Both the position numbers and the translations under genes were made by a program. From Callorhinchus milii (lineage: Eukaryota), in assembly GCF_018977255.1 (NCBI RefSeq), contig NW_024704742.1, positions 104,224,001 through 104,288,000 on the forward strand: DNA of 64,000 bases, written 5' to 3'. Each line of letters starts with the position of its first letter. The stretch's first letter is position 1. Positions 1 through 11,999 of the stretch are shown piece by piece. A model generated the notes under the pieces. It was not told the origin of the DNA. It searched no databases and saw nothing but the letters and a program-made list of their open reading frames with translations.

Positions 1-377
1 AAACTAGCGTTTAGTGTGTTCCTTCTCTGGACCAAGCATGACATTCCCCCTTTTCTTGTTGACACTGGTGTATTTACAGTCAAAGAGCACTTGAATAAAA
101 TGTCCTGAAACCATTAAACCCCCTCCTCAGCCCTGACATTAGGCATTCTCATTTGAACAGATCATTTACCTTTTAATTGCTGCCTCCCTGGGCAGTGAGG
201 CCTGCAACACATGGTGTCTGCTTGCACATTAAAACCCAAGGTGGTTCCATGCAATATCTTCATTTTTAAAACTGCAAAATAAAAGATACATTTTTACTTG
301 TACGGTGTAATTGTACTGTTCAGAGCACTCTTAATTTTTGGCTCTACCTGTAAAACAATTTTTCTTTTACTCTCAGT

Positions 378-811
378 AATAATCCTTACATTCGATATTA
401 CGTTAGAGGACATCTCGCAGTGCTTCAGGGGATTCAGTGTGAGGTTTAGTGACGGTGTATTTTGTAGGCAAACACTGCAGCCAGTTTGCACGCTGCAATG
501 CTCCTCAAAGAACCAAATAGTTCACAGTAAATGAGCTGTAAATTTTATCTGGAGGGTTGTTGGTCAGGACACTGTGATAAACTGCCTTTTCTTTTCAAAT
601 AGCCCCTTGGGATCTTAAACGCCTATCTGCATAGGCAGACGGAATCTCGGGTTATAGTCTCCTTTGAAGGTCACCACCTCCAACATTGCTGCGCCCCCCA
701 GCACTGCACTGGAGTGCTAACATATACTAAGAGCTCAAAGTCACAAGGTGTGGTTTTGAACCCCCAATCTTCTGACTCAGAGGCGAGAGTGATACCAACT
801 GATCCAAGCTG
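378..811 (-). mobile_element. Old full-length Deu-domain SINE (SacSINE1/AmnSINE1-like)
   Basis: Reverse complement starts CAGCTTGGATCAGTTGGTATCACTCTCGCCTCTGAGTCAGAAG (tRNA-like head), has a CAGTGCAGTGCTG...AAGATCCC...GTGTCCTGACCAAC body and ends in AAGGATTATT. Confidence 0.75.
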
Positions 812-1386
812 CCACCAATCAAAGATTCAGAAATGTGCAGCTATATTTGTTAGTCTGATTCACACAGTCTGCAAATAATAGCAATGGCGAAATGCATTTA
901 ACACTGGCACCCATCCTGATATAGCCATGACCCTGCCTTTGGATCCAGCTTTAATGGTAGTTTTCCACCACTGACACTGAACAAGGAATTAGATTTGTAA
1001 TGTTGCTAATTACTTATTCCAGCCGTTGCTTGGGTGGAAATACCTTCATACCGACCCGGCTGTCTAGCCCATTCATTCATCCATTCATGTAGTCATCTCC
1101 TTTCTGTAAACAATACAATAAGTGTTGTCTCTCAGTCCAGCCTGGGGTTCTATCGTTGGCAGAAAGAACTCCAGCCCGTACTCCACTAATAGGAGGTTGC
1201 GCAAGTTCAATTGCCACTAATATCGTGCCTATAGTGTCGAAACATCTCAATGCACTTCCAACCTGATAGCTGAAATGTATAGGGACTGGTGTATTTATAA
1301 GCAAAGGTGGTGGCCAATTTAAGTACAACATGATCACACAATTAACCATGAAGTTAAAAAAACATTAAAACATACTCCTTTGTTTT

Positions 1387-1624
1387 GTAGGATCCCAGTT
1401 GTTAGTCAATTGGCGGATCACTTTTCCGGAGGTAATAATCCCTTTACAAAAATAATAATAATTTGGTCATTCAATCCACGACTGTTTGTGGAACATTGCT
1501 GGGTGCAATCAGGCTGAAGGAGTGTCAACACGTCAATTACTTTTACAGTATATTCCATGAAGTGTTTTGAGACGTCTCAACAAAGTGATAAGGTGCATAT
1601 CAAATGCAAGGATTATTATTATTA
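1387..1624 (+). mobile_element. Headless SINE, long-middle subtype
   Basis: GTTGTTAGTC..TTGG middle, TGTTTGTGG..CATTGCTG body, AAATGCAAGGATTATTATT tail. Confidence 0.8.
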
Positions 1625-2737
1625 AATGAATGAACAATTTATCTGGAGGATTGTTGGCCAGGACATAGGGAGAGACTTCATTCTCTTTTCAAGCAGCAAC
1701 ATAGGTCCTTTAACAATCATCTAATTAGGCAGATAGGACATTGGTTTATCACCTCATCCATAATCGGGACTTGAACCCACAATCATCTGATCCAGAGGTG
1801 AGAGCACTGTAATCTGAGTCAATTTGACAGACAACCCTTTCTTGTAGGTGTGCAGGGTTGCCAGTTACAGGGGGAAGAGCACACTCACTTCATTTCATTA
1901 TCCTATAGAACCATCAGGAAACATTGCTCCATTACACTTGATATCAGAATTGTGGAAGAGTATTTGCTGGAATCATACAGAACTTCAAACCGAAACTCAG
2001 TGATGACATTGACAGTTTCGCAGTAAACAAGGATCCATGGTAATAAGAATCAGACTTAGGTTCACTTTTTTTTGCATGTTTTAAGAAGAAATGGTGTTTT
2101 GTTATGAAAGATATATTAAAAAAAATTTATGGTATATATTTCAAAATATTTGCCTCCCATCACCTCTACACTCTTAGACAATAGGAGTGATAATTCGGGA
2201 AGGAACGTGCAAGACAGACTGAAGGAGTGTCAACACGTCGTGAGCCCTGAATAGCCATTTCTCATGTCTGGATAGCGCAAGCAGCTGGACCAATTTGTTC
2301 CTAGTTAGGAAATCTTGAATAATATCTTATCTGTTTGCTTTATAACTGGCTGTCTTGTCTATAAGGAAGGAACCCTGGTCAATGGGGATCTGTTACCATT
2401 TTTTTCCCTCAAAGTAATGTTCAAAATTGGAAACACCAAACACTCACAGAAACAGTGACTGAGAGGTTTCAGGTAGGTCCTCACTAATTACATGAGAGAT
2501 CTGGTGATTTTTTTGTTCCCGGATGGAAGGTGTTTGCATCCAATGCTGGATTTTTTTTTACATCTGTCCAAAGAACAAAAAAAGGATGCATAATATTAAA
2601 AAAAATAATATTTAGAAATTTGAAAGGAGAACTGGCCAAATTGGTACATGCTGTGATTCATGTTGTTTAACCAAGGCTGGAAATAATGGAAAATATTGCA
2701 CAGCTTTTAAGTTTTAGGTTTAACAATGTGGCTTGTA

Positions 2738-3093
2738 CAGGGGAATCCTTTTTTTAGTGCCCTTTAATGGTTACACTGGTTACTGGTTACTTATAGGATA
2801 AACTGTGGACTCAGGTTAACCAGAAACACAGTGGACATGGCTTCTGGTGATGTCTAGCTTCCCATGCTTAAAAATGGTTGGGTTGTCACTGACATCACCT
2901 ACTGCGTGCTATGCACAGAAAGTGTTGTGCATGATGCATGTAGCAGGAAGTGATATTAGCATTGCTTCCTGCACATAATACATATTTGCCCAAAGATAGC
3001 GGTGTTGGTGGTGACCTGATGTTAGCCATTTTTCTGCACTTTGTTTTTAACGTGGCTGCTTAGACATTGGATGCAGCCAACAAGGTTTCCCTG
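2738..3093. mobile_element. Putative Tc1/mariner (pogo/Tigger-like) MITE
   Basis: TA|CAGGGGAATCC ... GGTTTCCCTG|TA: imperfect terminal inverted repeats with TA flanks and a partly palindromic interior. Confidence 0.5.
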
Positions 3094-3207
3094 TATATTG
3101 GAGGCCTATAAAAAAAAGGATGCTTTTTCTTCAGTCATATAAGATGTCCACTGAATTTCAAATACAGTAAAACTCATGTACGTCTTTATAATTTGTATGA
3201 TCGCCTT

Positions 3208-3516
3208 ATAATAATAATAATACTTGCATTTGAATTAGAGCTTTTCACGTCTTCTAGACATCTCAAAGCACTTCACAGATAAAGTGAATTGACTGTATTT
3301 TTTGTGGGCGAAATGTGGCAGCCAATTGCGCACAGCAGGGTCCCACAAACAGCCATGGTTTGAAGTGACCAATTTATTATTGTGTTTTTTTTTCTTGAGG
3401 GATTATTTCAGGCGTGTGGAGTAAGGAAACTTGCCCAAGGTTTCACCCTGCTGGGAACTGAACCCAGGTCTCTCGCATGCAAAGCGAGTGCTCTAACTAT
3501 TGAGCTACAGGACTCC
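3208..3516 (-). mobile_element. tRNA-derived SINE, full length
   Basis: Reverse complement has GGAGTCCTGTAGCTCAATAGTTAGAGC head with A/B boxes and an (ATT)n tail. Confidence 0.9.
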
Positions 3517-4546
3517 ACCGCCTAAGTTGTACATTCACCTGAGTCCCATTTTGTTTCGTATCAAATCCACTTAGATGTTTTTGCGCTACTTGTATTAATC
3601 ACCTCCTAACTCGTAATGACACTCTCCTACCCGCCATTACTCCCACAAGTTATATAAAATATTATTATCCTGACTAAATAGGACTTATGTGAGTTTTACT
3701 CTATTACTATCAAAATTTGTTTTAAAAAAAACTTGATCATGTTGGCTTAAAAATGCATTGAATATGTTGTCTTAAACCTTGATTTATGAGGCCATGCACT
3801 CCTTAATGAGACTTAACAAGACAACAGGACTCTGATCTAACTTTACAAGCCTGTTCCAAGATTTCATCCCATTTTGGTTCAACATTCAGAAAAGCCACTT
3901 TGCCAGCAGCTGTGAAACACAAAAGAACATTTAACTTGGGGGTACTCAGTGGAATGAAAATTTTCTGCATTTGTCTGATTTTATCAGTAAAAAATTCCAT
4001 AGTGCACTTTCCCTACAATCTTTCAAACTATCTTAATGTTGTTCCTGTATCAGAAATGTGCTGCCTCTTTCAAAACTGAACGGAAGCTATGGAGCTGCAG
4101 ATGGTTTGAAATGTAATACCTATTGTATGTGACAGCAGAGACTTCAGAGAGGCCAAAGAATTTATAACCCTAAGGGAATCGAGGAAGAGCTAGAGACAGA
4201 AATTGTTCTGTTAGTTTTTCAAAGGCAACAAATTAAAACAGCAATTTTGAGGATGATGAGAAATGTTTTCTTTACATTTTTTCAGAGCAGACCAGTTTTA
4301 TGTTCAGAACATAAACAAAATAGTTGCTAACCAGGTAAAAAAAAGATTTTCAGTGTTCGTTTGATCTGATCATGTCCTTACAGTACATCAGCACGATCAC
4401 ATTCATGATCCAATTAGGCAGGTTAAGCTTGAGGTGCATAAGATGTGTGTCCGAATATTTCTCCTTTACGGATCAGCTTGGAGCCCATGGGTATGCAGCA
4501 GCAAGGTTTCCTGCAGCCAATGTGCATGATCTAAGACCAAGCTTGT

Positions 4547-4877
4547 GGAGTCCTGTAGCTCAGTGGTTAGAGCACTCGCTTTGCAAGCGAGAGACCTGAG
4601 TTCAATTCCAGGCAGAGGGCGAAACCTTGGGTAAGTTTCCTTACTCCACACAGAGCCTAATAATAATCCCTCCAAAAAATCAAAACAATAACAAATTGGT
4701 CATTTTCAATCTACGACTGTTTGTGGGACATTGCTGTGCGCAATTGGCTGCCACGTTCGCCCACAAATACACAGTCAATTCACTTTACAGTGTGTTCTGT
4801 GAAGCGCTTTGGGACGTCCTCCCAACGTGAAAGCGCTATATCAAATGCAAGGATTATTATTATTATTATTATTATTA
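4547..4877 (+). mobile_element. Young tRNA-derived SINE, full length
   Basis: GGAGTCCTGTAGCTCAGTGGTTAGAGC head, B box GAGTTCAATTCC, L2-like 3' stem-loop, (ATT)n tail; near-identical to copies at 5103, 13682 and 31261. Confidence 0.95.
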
Positions 4878-5102
4878 AGCTGTAAGGTGGATTTTAGGTA
4901 AAAACAAAAAAAAGCTTCAGTGAGGCTTTACCCCAACCTATTACTGAACTGATACTCCACACCCTGGAGATATAGTCATCCTCAAGGCCACCTCACATCT
5001 TTCCCAAAGGCCCTTAGGCAGGCACCTGGATTAATCAGTTAGTTCCAGCAAACCAGGCAGTCAGCATTGACTTTGGTCGTCCATTACTTCAAGGTGCATG
5101 TT

Positions 5103-5425
5103 ATAATAATAATAATAATCCTTGCATTTGATATAGTGCTTTTCACGTCGGGAGGACGTCCCAAAGCGCTTCACAGAACACACTGTAAAGTGAATTGACT
5201 GTATATTTGTGGGCAAATGCGGCAGCCAATTGCGCACAGCAATGTCCCACAAACAGTGGTAGATTGAAAATGACCAATTTATTATTGTTTTTGCTTTTGG
5301 AGGGATTATTATTAGGCTCTGTGTGGAGTAAGGAAACTTGCCCAAGGTTTCGCCCTCTGCCTGGAATTGAACTCAGGTCTCTCACTTGCAAAGCGAGTGC
5401 TCTAACCACTGAGCTACAGGACTTC
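5103..5425 (-). mobile_element. Young tRNA-derived SINE, full length, inverted relative to the 4547 copy
   Basis: Reverse complement of the same consensus. Confidence 0.95.
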
Positions 5426-5719
5426 ACAAGCTATAAGCTGTCCTGCAAAGTTCTTATCAGCCTGTTGAAGATAAGATAATTTGTCAAAAGACTTAAGGAA
5501 ACTTTGAGGCTAAGGAAAACAGCTGCTTAAAAACATTATGTGGCTTGCAGGTTTGTGAATACTATATGTGCTCTTATATCCGGGATTTGGTGATTGTTCT
5601 GGGACACAGAGTTAAGCAATTATTGGTGAAGCTTTGCACCTTCATTTGTGGCATACTTCAGAATGTGTCCTGGCTGTGCTCTGGAGGATGATGGCAATAT
5701 ATTTGCACTTTATGTAAAG

Positions 5720-6243
5720 TTATGTGGGACTTCGCAACTCTTCCCTCCACAAGCTTCAGACCATCCAGAATTCTGCAGCTCATGTCCTCCTCTGCACTAA
5801 GGTCTGCAAGGCTATTATCCTCCATCCGCGTCCGGTTCCACTGGCTCCCCATTCCCCAGAAGATAGAGTTCAAAATCGTCTTCTCTTTTAAATTCCTTCA
5901 CGTTACTGTCTTGTCCCGCCCTTCCTCCGTGACCTTCTAAAACCCACAGGCTCCCTCTGGTAGGCACTGTCTGTTTCACTCGCCCTGCCTTGTCTGCTTG
6001 CCCCACAATTAGCAGTTGGGCTTTCACCCTTTCTGCCCCATCTCTGTTTCTGGAGTCCCTTCCCTCATCTCCTTTAAAGTCTGTCTCAAGACCTTGCTTT
6101 TTGACCATGCCTTCGGTCATCTTCCCCCACTGTCCCAAATCCAACCCCCAGCTTGAATGCAAATCTTCGACTGTTCAGCTCCTTGGGACATCTTCCTGAT
6201 GTGAAAGACGCTATTTAAATACAATTTGGTGGTGGTGTTGCTG
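5720..6243 (+). mobile_element. Degraded L2 LINE 3' fragment
   Basis: FHWLPIPQKIEFKI remnant; tail CCTTGGGACATCTTCCTGATGTGAAAGACGC followed by (TGG/TTG)n. Confidence 0.8.
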
Positions 6244-6399
6244 CAACTAAGTTGCTGTCTGTAATGCTCAAGAACAGTTTCAGGTTACCAGTTATTCATC
6301 CAGCAAGAGTTCAAACCTTTGATGACTAACCTGTGACTAAACTCTTAAGGGAGCAAAGTTACTGTTTTTAAGAAGAGAGTATTTTCAACCTTATTGTGG

Positions 6400-6628
6400 G
6401 TTTTTGAAAAGTAGGTCAAGCCTAGCAAGGTTATTGGGATTCTTTGAGGATGCGGTGGAGCTAATGAATGAGTGTAAAGTAGTGAACTTTAAACAGCCTG
6501 ATTTTAAGAAAGCATTTGGTAAATCCCTCAAAAGAGATAGAGTACTACTGTATACAGAGATAAGGTGACAGCTCATGTGTCCAATATGACTTGTACAATG
6601 GCTTATGAATTGGGTAGTTAAATGGCTA
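6400..6628 (+). mobile_element. Ancient CR1 RT fragment, interrupted by the L2 and resuming near 9908-10010
   Basis: Remnants of FFE..DFKKAF.K and W..WL; a VTSG/GSVLG/FINDL-like sequence resumes right after the L2. Confidence 0.6.
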
Positions 6629-9600
6629 CAACAACAACAACAACAACAACAAGATTCCATTTATAGAGCGCCTTTCACGTCAGGAGGACGTCCCAAGGCG
6701 CTGCACAGTTGGGTCATGACCCGAGCAGGGGGGAAATGGTCAGGGTGAGGGGAGGGAAGGGAGGGAGAGAGGAGGGGGAAATGGTCAGGGTGAGGGGAGG
6801 GAAGGGAGGGAGCGAGGAGGAGGAAGAGAGTCGAGAGGGGAGCTGAAGGCACGGTCAAAGAGAAAGGTTTTGAGACCGGCCTTGAAGGAGGAAAGGGAGG
6901 AAGCAAGGCGAAGGCACTGGGGGATGGAGTTCCAGAGCCTCGGGGCTGAGAGGCTGAAGGCCCGACCACCGATAGTAGGGCGGTTGGGGCGGGGGACGTG
7001 GAGCAGACCGGAGCCAGAGGAACGGAGGGTACGGGCAGGTAGGTAGGGGGATAGTAGGTTGGAGAGGTAGGAGGGAGCAAGGCCGTGAATGGCCTTGTAG
7101 GTGAGGATGAGGATCTTGAAATCAATCCTCTGGGGGATGGGGAGCCAGTGGAGGCGAGCGAGGGTAGGAGTGATGTGGTCCCGAAGCCTGGTGCGGGACA
7201 GTACACGAGCTGCAGAGTTCTGAATGACCTGCAGCTTGTGGAGGGAGGTGGCGGGAAGGCCGGCGAGGAGAGAGTTCCCATAGTCCAGCCTTGAGGTGAC
7301 AAAGGCGTGAACCAGGGTTTCAGCAGCGTGAGGGGTGAGGTAGTGCCGTAATCTGGCGATATTCCGGAGGTGATGGAAGGCGGTGCCAGTTGTGGTGCGG
7401 ATGTGAGGGAGAAAGGACAGCTCAGGGTCGAACAAAACGCCGAGGTTCCTGACTGGCTTTGAGAGGTGGAGAGTGCAGCCTTGGATGCTGATGGTGTCAG
7501 CGCCTGAGGTGCGGAGGCGCTGACGTGAGCCAATCAGGAGGGCCTCGGTTTTTCGCACGTTGAGCTGAAGAAAGTTGTCTCTCGTCCAGGACTCGATGTC
7601 GGACAGGCAGGCTGTCAGGACATCGGTGGTCGTGGAGTTGAGAGTAGAGGAGGAAAGGTAGAGTTGGGTGTCATCCGCATACATGTGGAAGTTAACCCCA
7701 TGTTTGCGGATGATGTCACCGAGGGGGAGCATATAGAGGGTGAAGAGGAGGGGACCGAGGACAGAGCCCTGAGGGACACCACATGAGACAGTACGGGGGG
7801 TGGAGGAGAAGCCATTCGTTGAGACGAAGTGAAGACGGTGGGAAAGGTAAGAGCTAAACCATTCAAGGACAGTGCCTTGAAGGTTGAGGTGGGAGGACAA
7901 GCGGTGGAGTAGGATAGCGTGGTCGACCGTATCGAATGCTGCCGATAGGTCGAGGAGGACGAGGAGACAGAGGGAGCCCTGGTCACAGATAGTCAGGATA
8001 TCATTGGTGACCTTGACCAGGGCAGTTTCTGTGCTATGAGCAGCACGGAAACCTGACTGAAGGGGTTCAAAAAGAGAATGGGTGGAGAGGAAAGAGCGCA
8101 GTTGGGAGGCGACAACTCTTTCCAAGACCTTGGAGAGAAAGGGGAGGTTGGAGATGGGCCGGTAGCTTGATAGCTGCGACGCATCAAGGGAGGGTTTTTT
8201 CAGGGTGGGCGTGATGATGGCAGTTTTTAATGGAATGGGGACAGAGCCAGAGGAGAGGGACAGGTTTATGATGTCAGTGATGTGTGGGGCAAGAAAATGG
8301 AGCTGGGAGATAAGGAGTGGAGTGGGGATGGGGTCAAGGGAGCAGGTGGTTGGTTTTAGGGATAGGATGAGTTCAGTGACAGAGGGTGGGGAAACGGGTA
8401 CGAAGGTGTGTAGGGGAGGATGGGTAGGAGTCGGAGTGTGGGAGGGAAGGGGTGGGTGGTGGGTGGAAGTTGGAGGGGAAGTGACCGCGGAGCGGATTCC
8501 CTTGATCTTGGATTCAAGGAAATCCAGCATCTCCTCGCAGTGAAGGTTGGAGGAGATGACCTGCGCGGGGTGGCGGGGGGGACGGAGGAGTCGGGATGTG
8601 GTGGAAAACAGTAGCCTGGGGTTGTTCTTCGCCTCCAGGATTATCCTGGAGTAGAAGGACGACTTGGCCGAGGCTAGAGTGGAGCGGTAAATTTTGAGGA
8701 GGTCCAGCCAGATTTGTCGGTGGACCGTTAAGCCGGATTTGACAAAGGTGCGCTCAGCAGCCCGCACCTGGCATTTCAGTGAGCGGAGGTGGGTGGTGTA
8801 CCAGGGGGAGGAGCGGGAGTAGGAGACAGTGCGGGAAGTGATGGGGGCAAGAGTATCGAGTGTGGAGGAGAGGATATTGTGGAGGAGGGAGAGAGGAGAA
8901 GAGGGGTCGGTGAGGGTTGAAGGCCAGAGGGAGAGGAGTTCAGAGGACTCCAAGGCATCGGTTAGGGATTGTGGGGGTAACTTCTTCCAAGGGCGGTAGA
9001 AGATGGTGGTGGGTCTGGTGGAGGTGGGGAGGGGGGTGGAGGTGGTGAAGGAGATGAAGTAGTGGTCGGAGATGGCCTTGTCGGTAATAGTGACATCCGA
9101 GACACTGAGGCCCCGGGTGATCACCAAATCGAGTGGGTGGCCGTGACTGTGAGTGGGGGAGTTTATGTGTAGGGAAAGGTTGAGTGAGGAGAGCAGGGAA
9201 GAGAAGTCTGTGGAGATGGAGCAGGAGGGGGTGAAGTGTAGGTTAAAGTCGCCCAGGATGATGAGGCGATCAGAGGAGAGGCAAAGAGATGTGAGGAGTG
9301 TTGAAATGTCAGAGATGAAGGTGGGAGAGGTTTTAGGGGGCCGGTAGAGGAGGAGGATTTTAAGGGAGAGGAATGAGGGGTGGGAGAGGGTGAGGTGCTC
9401 GAAGGAGGGGAAAGAGCCAGAGGAGTAGGGGGATAGGGCAAGTGGTGTCCTTGAGATAAGGGCAACACCACCGCCACGGCGGTTGGGGCGGGGGATGTGG
9501 TGGGAGGTGTAGCCGGGTGGCGTGGCCTCCGTGAGGGGGAAGGTGTCGCCTGGGGTGAGCCACGTTTCTGTCAAGGCCATGATATCAACGTTCTCATCAA

Positions 9601-9905
9601 GGATGAGATCGTTGATGACCAGGGCCTTGTTGCAGAGGGAGCGGACATTTTGCAGTCCGATGTGGAGGGAGCGGTTGACAGAAGGGTGTGTGGGAGGGGA
9701 GGGGGGTCCAGGTTGTGAGGCAGGGGTGGGGGAATGGGGATGAGGGAGGAGAGGTTGACTCCCCGGGTCTGTGTCCGGGGTGGCTGGCGAGAGTGGTGGG
9801 GAATGGGGCAGTCGGTGTGGCTGCTGCTGGACAGCCAACGCCGAGTGCCGCGGTGAGCCCGGCGGAGGATTCCCAGGCTGGAACAGAGGGAGGTTGTGGG
9901 AGGGT
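6629..9905 (-). mobile_element. Young L2-clade LINE, 5'-truncated, nearly complete ORF2
   Basis: APE endonuclease and RT ORF, 3' UTR stem-loop and (TTG)n tail (CAA repeats at 6629-6652 on +). Confidence 0.95.
6785..9838 (-). CDS. L2 ORF2 protein (APE endonuclease + reverse transcriptase), stop-free; true start not at this TTG
   Basis: NVRSL, LTETW, YRPP, GDFN, LDLV, SDH (APE); [34 protein letters not shown] (RT); LHWLP C-terminal motif. Confidence 0.9.
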   Translation of the reverse strand: MAVQQQPHRLPHSPPLSPATPDTDPGSQPLLPHPHSPTPASQPGPPSPPTHPSVNRSLHIGLQNVRSLCNKALVINDLILDENVDIMALTETWLTPGDTFPLTEATPPGYTSHHIPRPNRRGGGVALISRTPLALSPYSSGSFPSFEHLTLSHPSFLSLKILLLYRPPKTSPTFISDISTLLTSLCLSSDRLIILGDFNLHFTPSCSISTDFSSLLSSLNLSLHINSPTHSHGHPLDLVITRGLSVSDVTITDKAISDHYFISFTTSTPLPTSTRPTTIFYRPWKKLPPQSLTDALESSELLSLWPSTLTDPSSPLSLLHNILSSTLDTLAPITSRTVSYSRSSPWYTTHLRSLKCQVRAAERTFVKSGLTVHRQIWLDLLKIYRSTLASAKSSFYSRIILEAKNNPRLLFSTTSRLLRPPRHPAQVISSNLHCEEMLDFLESKIKGIRSAVTSPPTSTHHPPLPSHTPTPTHPPLHTFVPVSPPSVTELILSLKPTTCSLDPIPTPLLISQLHFLAPHITDIINLSLSSGSVPIPLKTAIITPTLKKPSLDASQLSSYRPISNLPFLSKVLERVVASQLRSFLSTHSLFEPLQSGFRAAHSTETALVKVTNDILTICDQGSLCLLVLLDLSAAFDTVDHAILLHRLSSHLNLQGTVLEWFSSYLSHRLHFVSTNGFSSTPRTVSCGVPQGSVLGPLLFTLYMLPLGDIIRKHGVNFHMYADDTQLYLSSSTLNSTTTDVLTACLSDIESWTRDNFLQLNVRKTEALLIGSRQRLRTSGADTISIQGCTLHLSKPVRNLGVLFDPELSFLPHIRTTTGTAFHHLRNIARLRHYLTPHAAETLVHAFVTSRLDYGNSLLAGLPATSLHKLQVIQNSAARVLSRTRLRDHITPTLARLHWLPIPQRIDFKILILTYKAIHGLAPSYLSNLLSPYLPARTLRSSGSGLLHVPRPNRPTIGGRAFSLSAPRLWNSIPQCLRLASSLSSFKAGLKTFLFDRAFSSPLDSLPPPRSLPSLPSP

Positions 9906-11269
9906 CAAGTGGGGATAGCATTGTAGGTAATCATAATTGGGTACCAGTGACCACTGAAATCTGGGACAAATAGCTCTGTGGGACTCTGGCTGTTTGTGAC
10001 ATTTATTGATCACCCCAACAGAGGTCTTGTCAGTCTTATATGTAATCTTATAGAGCCGCATGAGTTGTGTGAGAAAACAATGTTCTGAGGAGCATTGAAA
10101 GATCCACAGACACCGAGCACCAGGGAGATGGATGGCAAATAACATTTAATATTGAGATAGATAGCGGAGTATGAATTAAGATTAAAACCAACAGCAACAG
10201 ATCACACAGTGAAACCTATGAGTTTCATTGAACAATGAGATGTGCTGCTACAGCTTACTGTTCTCTAGCAGACAACTCATAAATCTCGTCAGCATGGCTC
10301 TCAGTGCACATAAGACTGGTGTTTACCAGTCAGGGCTCTGAACCATTGTGTTCTGTCTGGGAGTTGACTCTTATCTTCAAGGAGGAGCTTTCTCACTTAA
10401 TTTCCCAACGTCAGATTCTGTCTATTTATCACATTATTATCTGCGGGGAGAGGTGGGGGGGTGGAGTAACCCATTATTTACTGGAATCAATATTCAATCT
10501 GCTCAGTCTCTATATTTTTTGATGAGTTTTTTTATTTATGCTTCGGATTTTATTTAAAAGAACATAAGATGAATCGAGAACAAATCTAAGAAAGTATAAT
10601 AATAATATTTCATCTTTCATTTGGTATTATTGATACTTGATAAATCATAGCACTGGGGACTTCTGTATTAATTGTGTTGAGTCCTGATCACTGTACAATA
10701 ATATAGAGATTGGAAAAAGCTTGAACTGCAATTTGTTACCACTGCTTAAAACAAAATTAATGAAATGCATGTTTTTAAATAGCAAAGGCATTCAGTGGAT
10801 ATGGTGAACTGGTGCAAGAGAACTCTGACCTGTGCTTATAGCTGAGGAACTAGTAAACCAGAAGAAAATTGAGGTATGATTGCTCTATTCCACAATTAGT
10901 GAGTTTCAAAGGCTGCACTGTCTTTGGGGTGAAGTGTTTTTAGAAGGGTTTTGAAAGCAGTATTGGAGGTTGCAAGAGGGAGGGATTAATGGATGGAGCT
11001 GGGGCAAAGAGGTGGAAAGGAGCAGGAGCCAGGTGGTGGTGTGGCTGTGTTAAATCTTCCCAGCACTTTTACAGGAAACTAGTGTTTTTTTAATTAACCA
11101 TAGATTGTTGCCTGAGGCAGCGAATGTGAACTTGATTGAAACATTGAAAAAAGGAATGAACAGATTCACAATTCTATGAGTCACGGAATTATATATGCTT
11201 TGTTATATGTGTAAGAGAATACCCCAGGCCCCGGGTCCCAAGACTCCTCATCCTCGGTCCTGTGTGGTT

Positions 11270-11625
11270 CCACGGATACTGGTTTCATTCCGTAGCTTTT
11301 CCAAGTAGCCAGTGAGCCTTGGCAGTGAGTGTCAACAAGCCACTCAACTGTAGAGTCAGCTGAGCCTGACTGTCCTCACCCGGTGGCCACACAATACTGT
11401 GTGGTGTTAAAGAGAGCAGAGCAGAAATCCTGGCTGTTTTTACTCTCTTTAACCAGGGAAGACCAAAACCAGCTTAACCTACCATCAACCAGAACCATCT
11501 TAACCTTGCCATACAGCCCAGTTGAGACCAGCAAACTCAGCTTGGAATGAGATTCAAACCAGCGATTCCCAGTAGTAAGCTGCACCTTTATCGCTACAAT
11601 GTCAGCGTTGCCTGGTCAGTGAGTT
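11270..11625 (-). repeat. Old SINE-like interspersed repeat (unnamed family A)
   Basis: Shares CTGAGTT.GCT..TCTCA.C, CAGCCAGG and CACT..CT.CCAAGG..CAC blocks with 17315-17516 plus 18675-18790. Confidence 0.5.
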
Positions 11626-11999
11626 CAAAGGTTTAACTTGGGTCGTCAAACCACAACCTTCTGACTCAGAGCCAGGCTGAAACCCCAGAATAATAAAGTG
11701 TTCCTTCATAATAAAGTACACACACAATACTGCTCACGCCAGGATTCTTAACCTTCAAAGAAATTCACATAGAATGACATGGAATGCTGCAGGACAGGAC
11801 AGGTGATTTGGTCCAAATAGTCTGCCCCCGAGTCTGTACCACTCCTAATCCCCTCACCTATACCCCTGCATTCTCTTCTCCTTCATGTATACAAGTTTTC
11901 CATTTAAATGTGTTGATGAAATCAAGATGGAATTGAAATGAATGAGGTTCAATTGATTTTTCATTTGTTTTGTAAATTTAAGAGAGATTCCTAAAGTGC

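Noticed and set aside
1120..1235. Possible LF-SINE-like fragment (TCTCAGTCCAG, AATTGCCACTAAT)
   Set aside because: Only two short word matches from memory; not supportable without an HMM search
4547..4622. tRNA-Ala gene (and similar heads at 13682, 31261, 43915, 54430)
   Set aside because: Each continues directly into a SINE body and tail; these are SINE heads, not tRNA genes
4627..5479. Recurrent small ORFs (MGKFPYST..., ...ALWDVLPT) resembling a peptide family
   Set aside because: Translations of SINE copies with variable frames and non-ATG starts
6661..7533. 290-aa Pro/Ser-rich ORF and other ORFs overlapping the L2
   Set aside because: Alternative frames of C-rich LINE sequence that are stop-poor by composition
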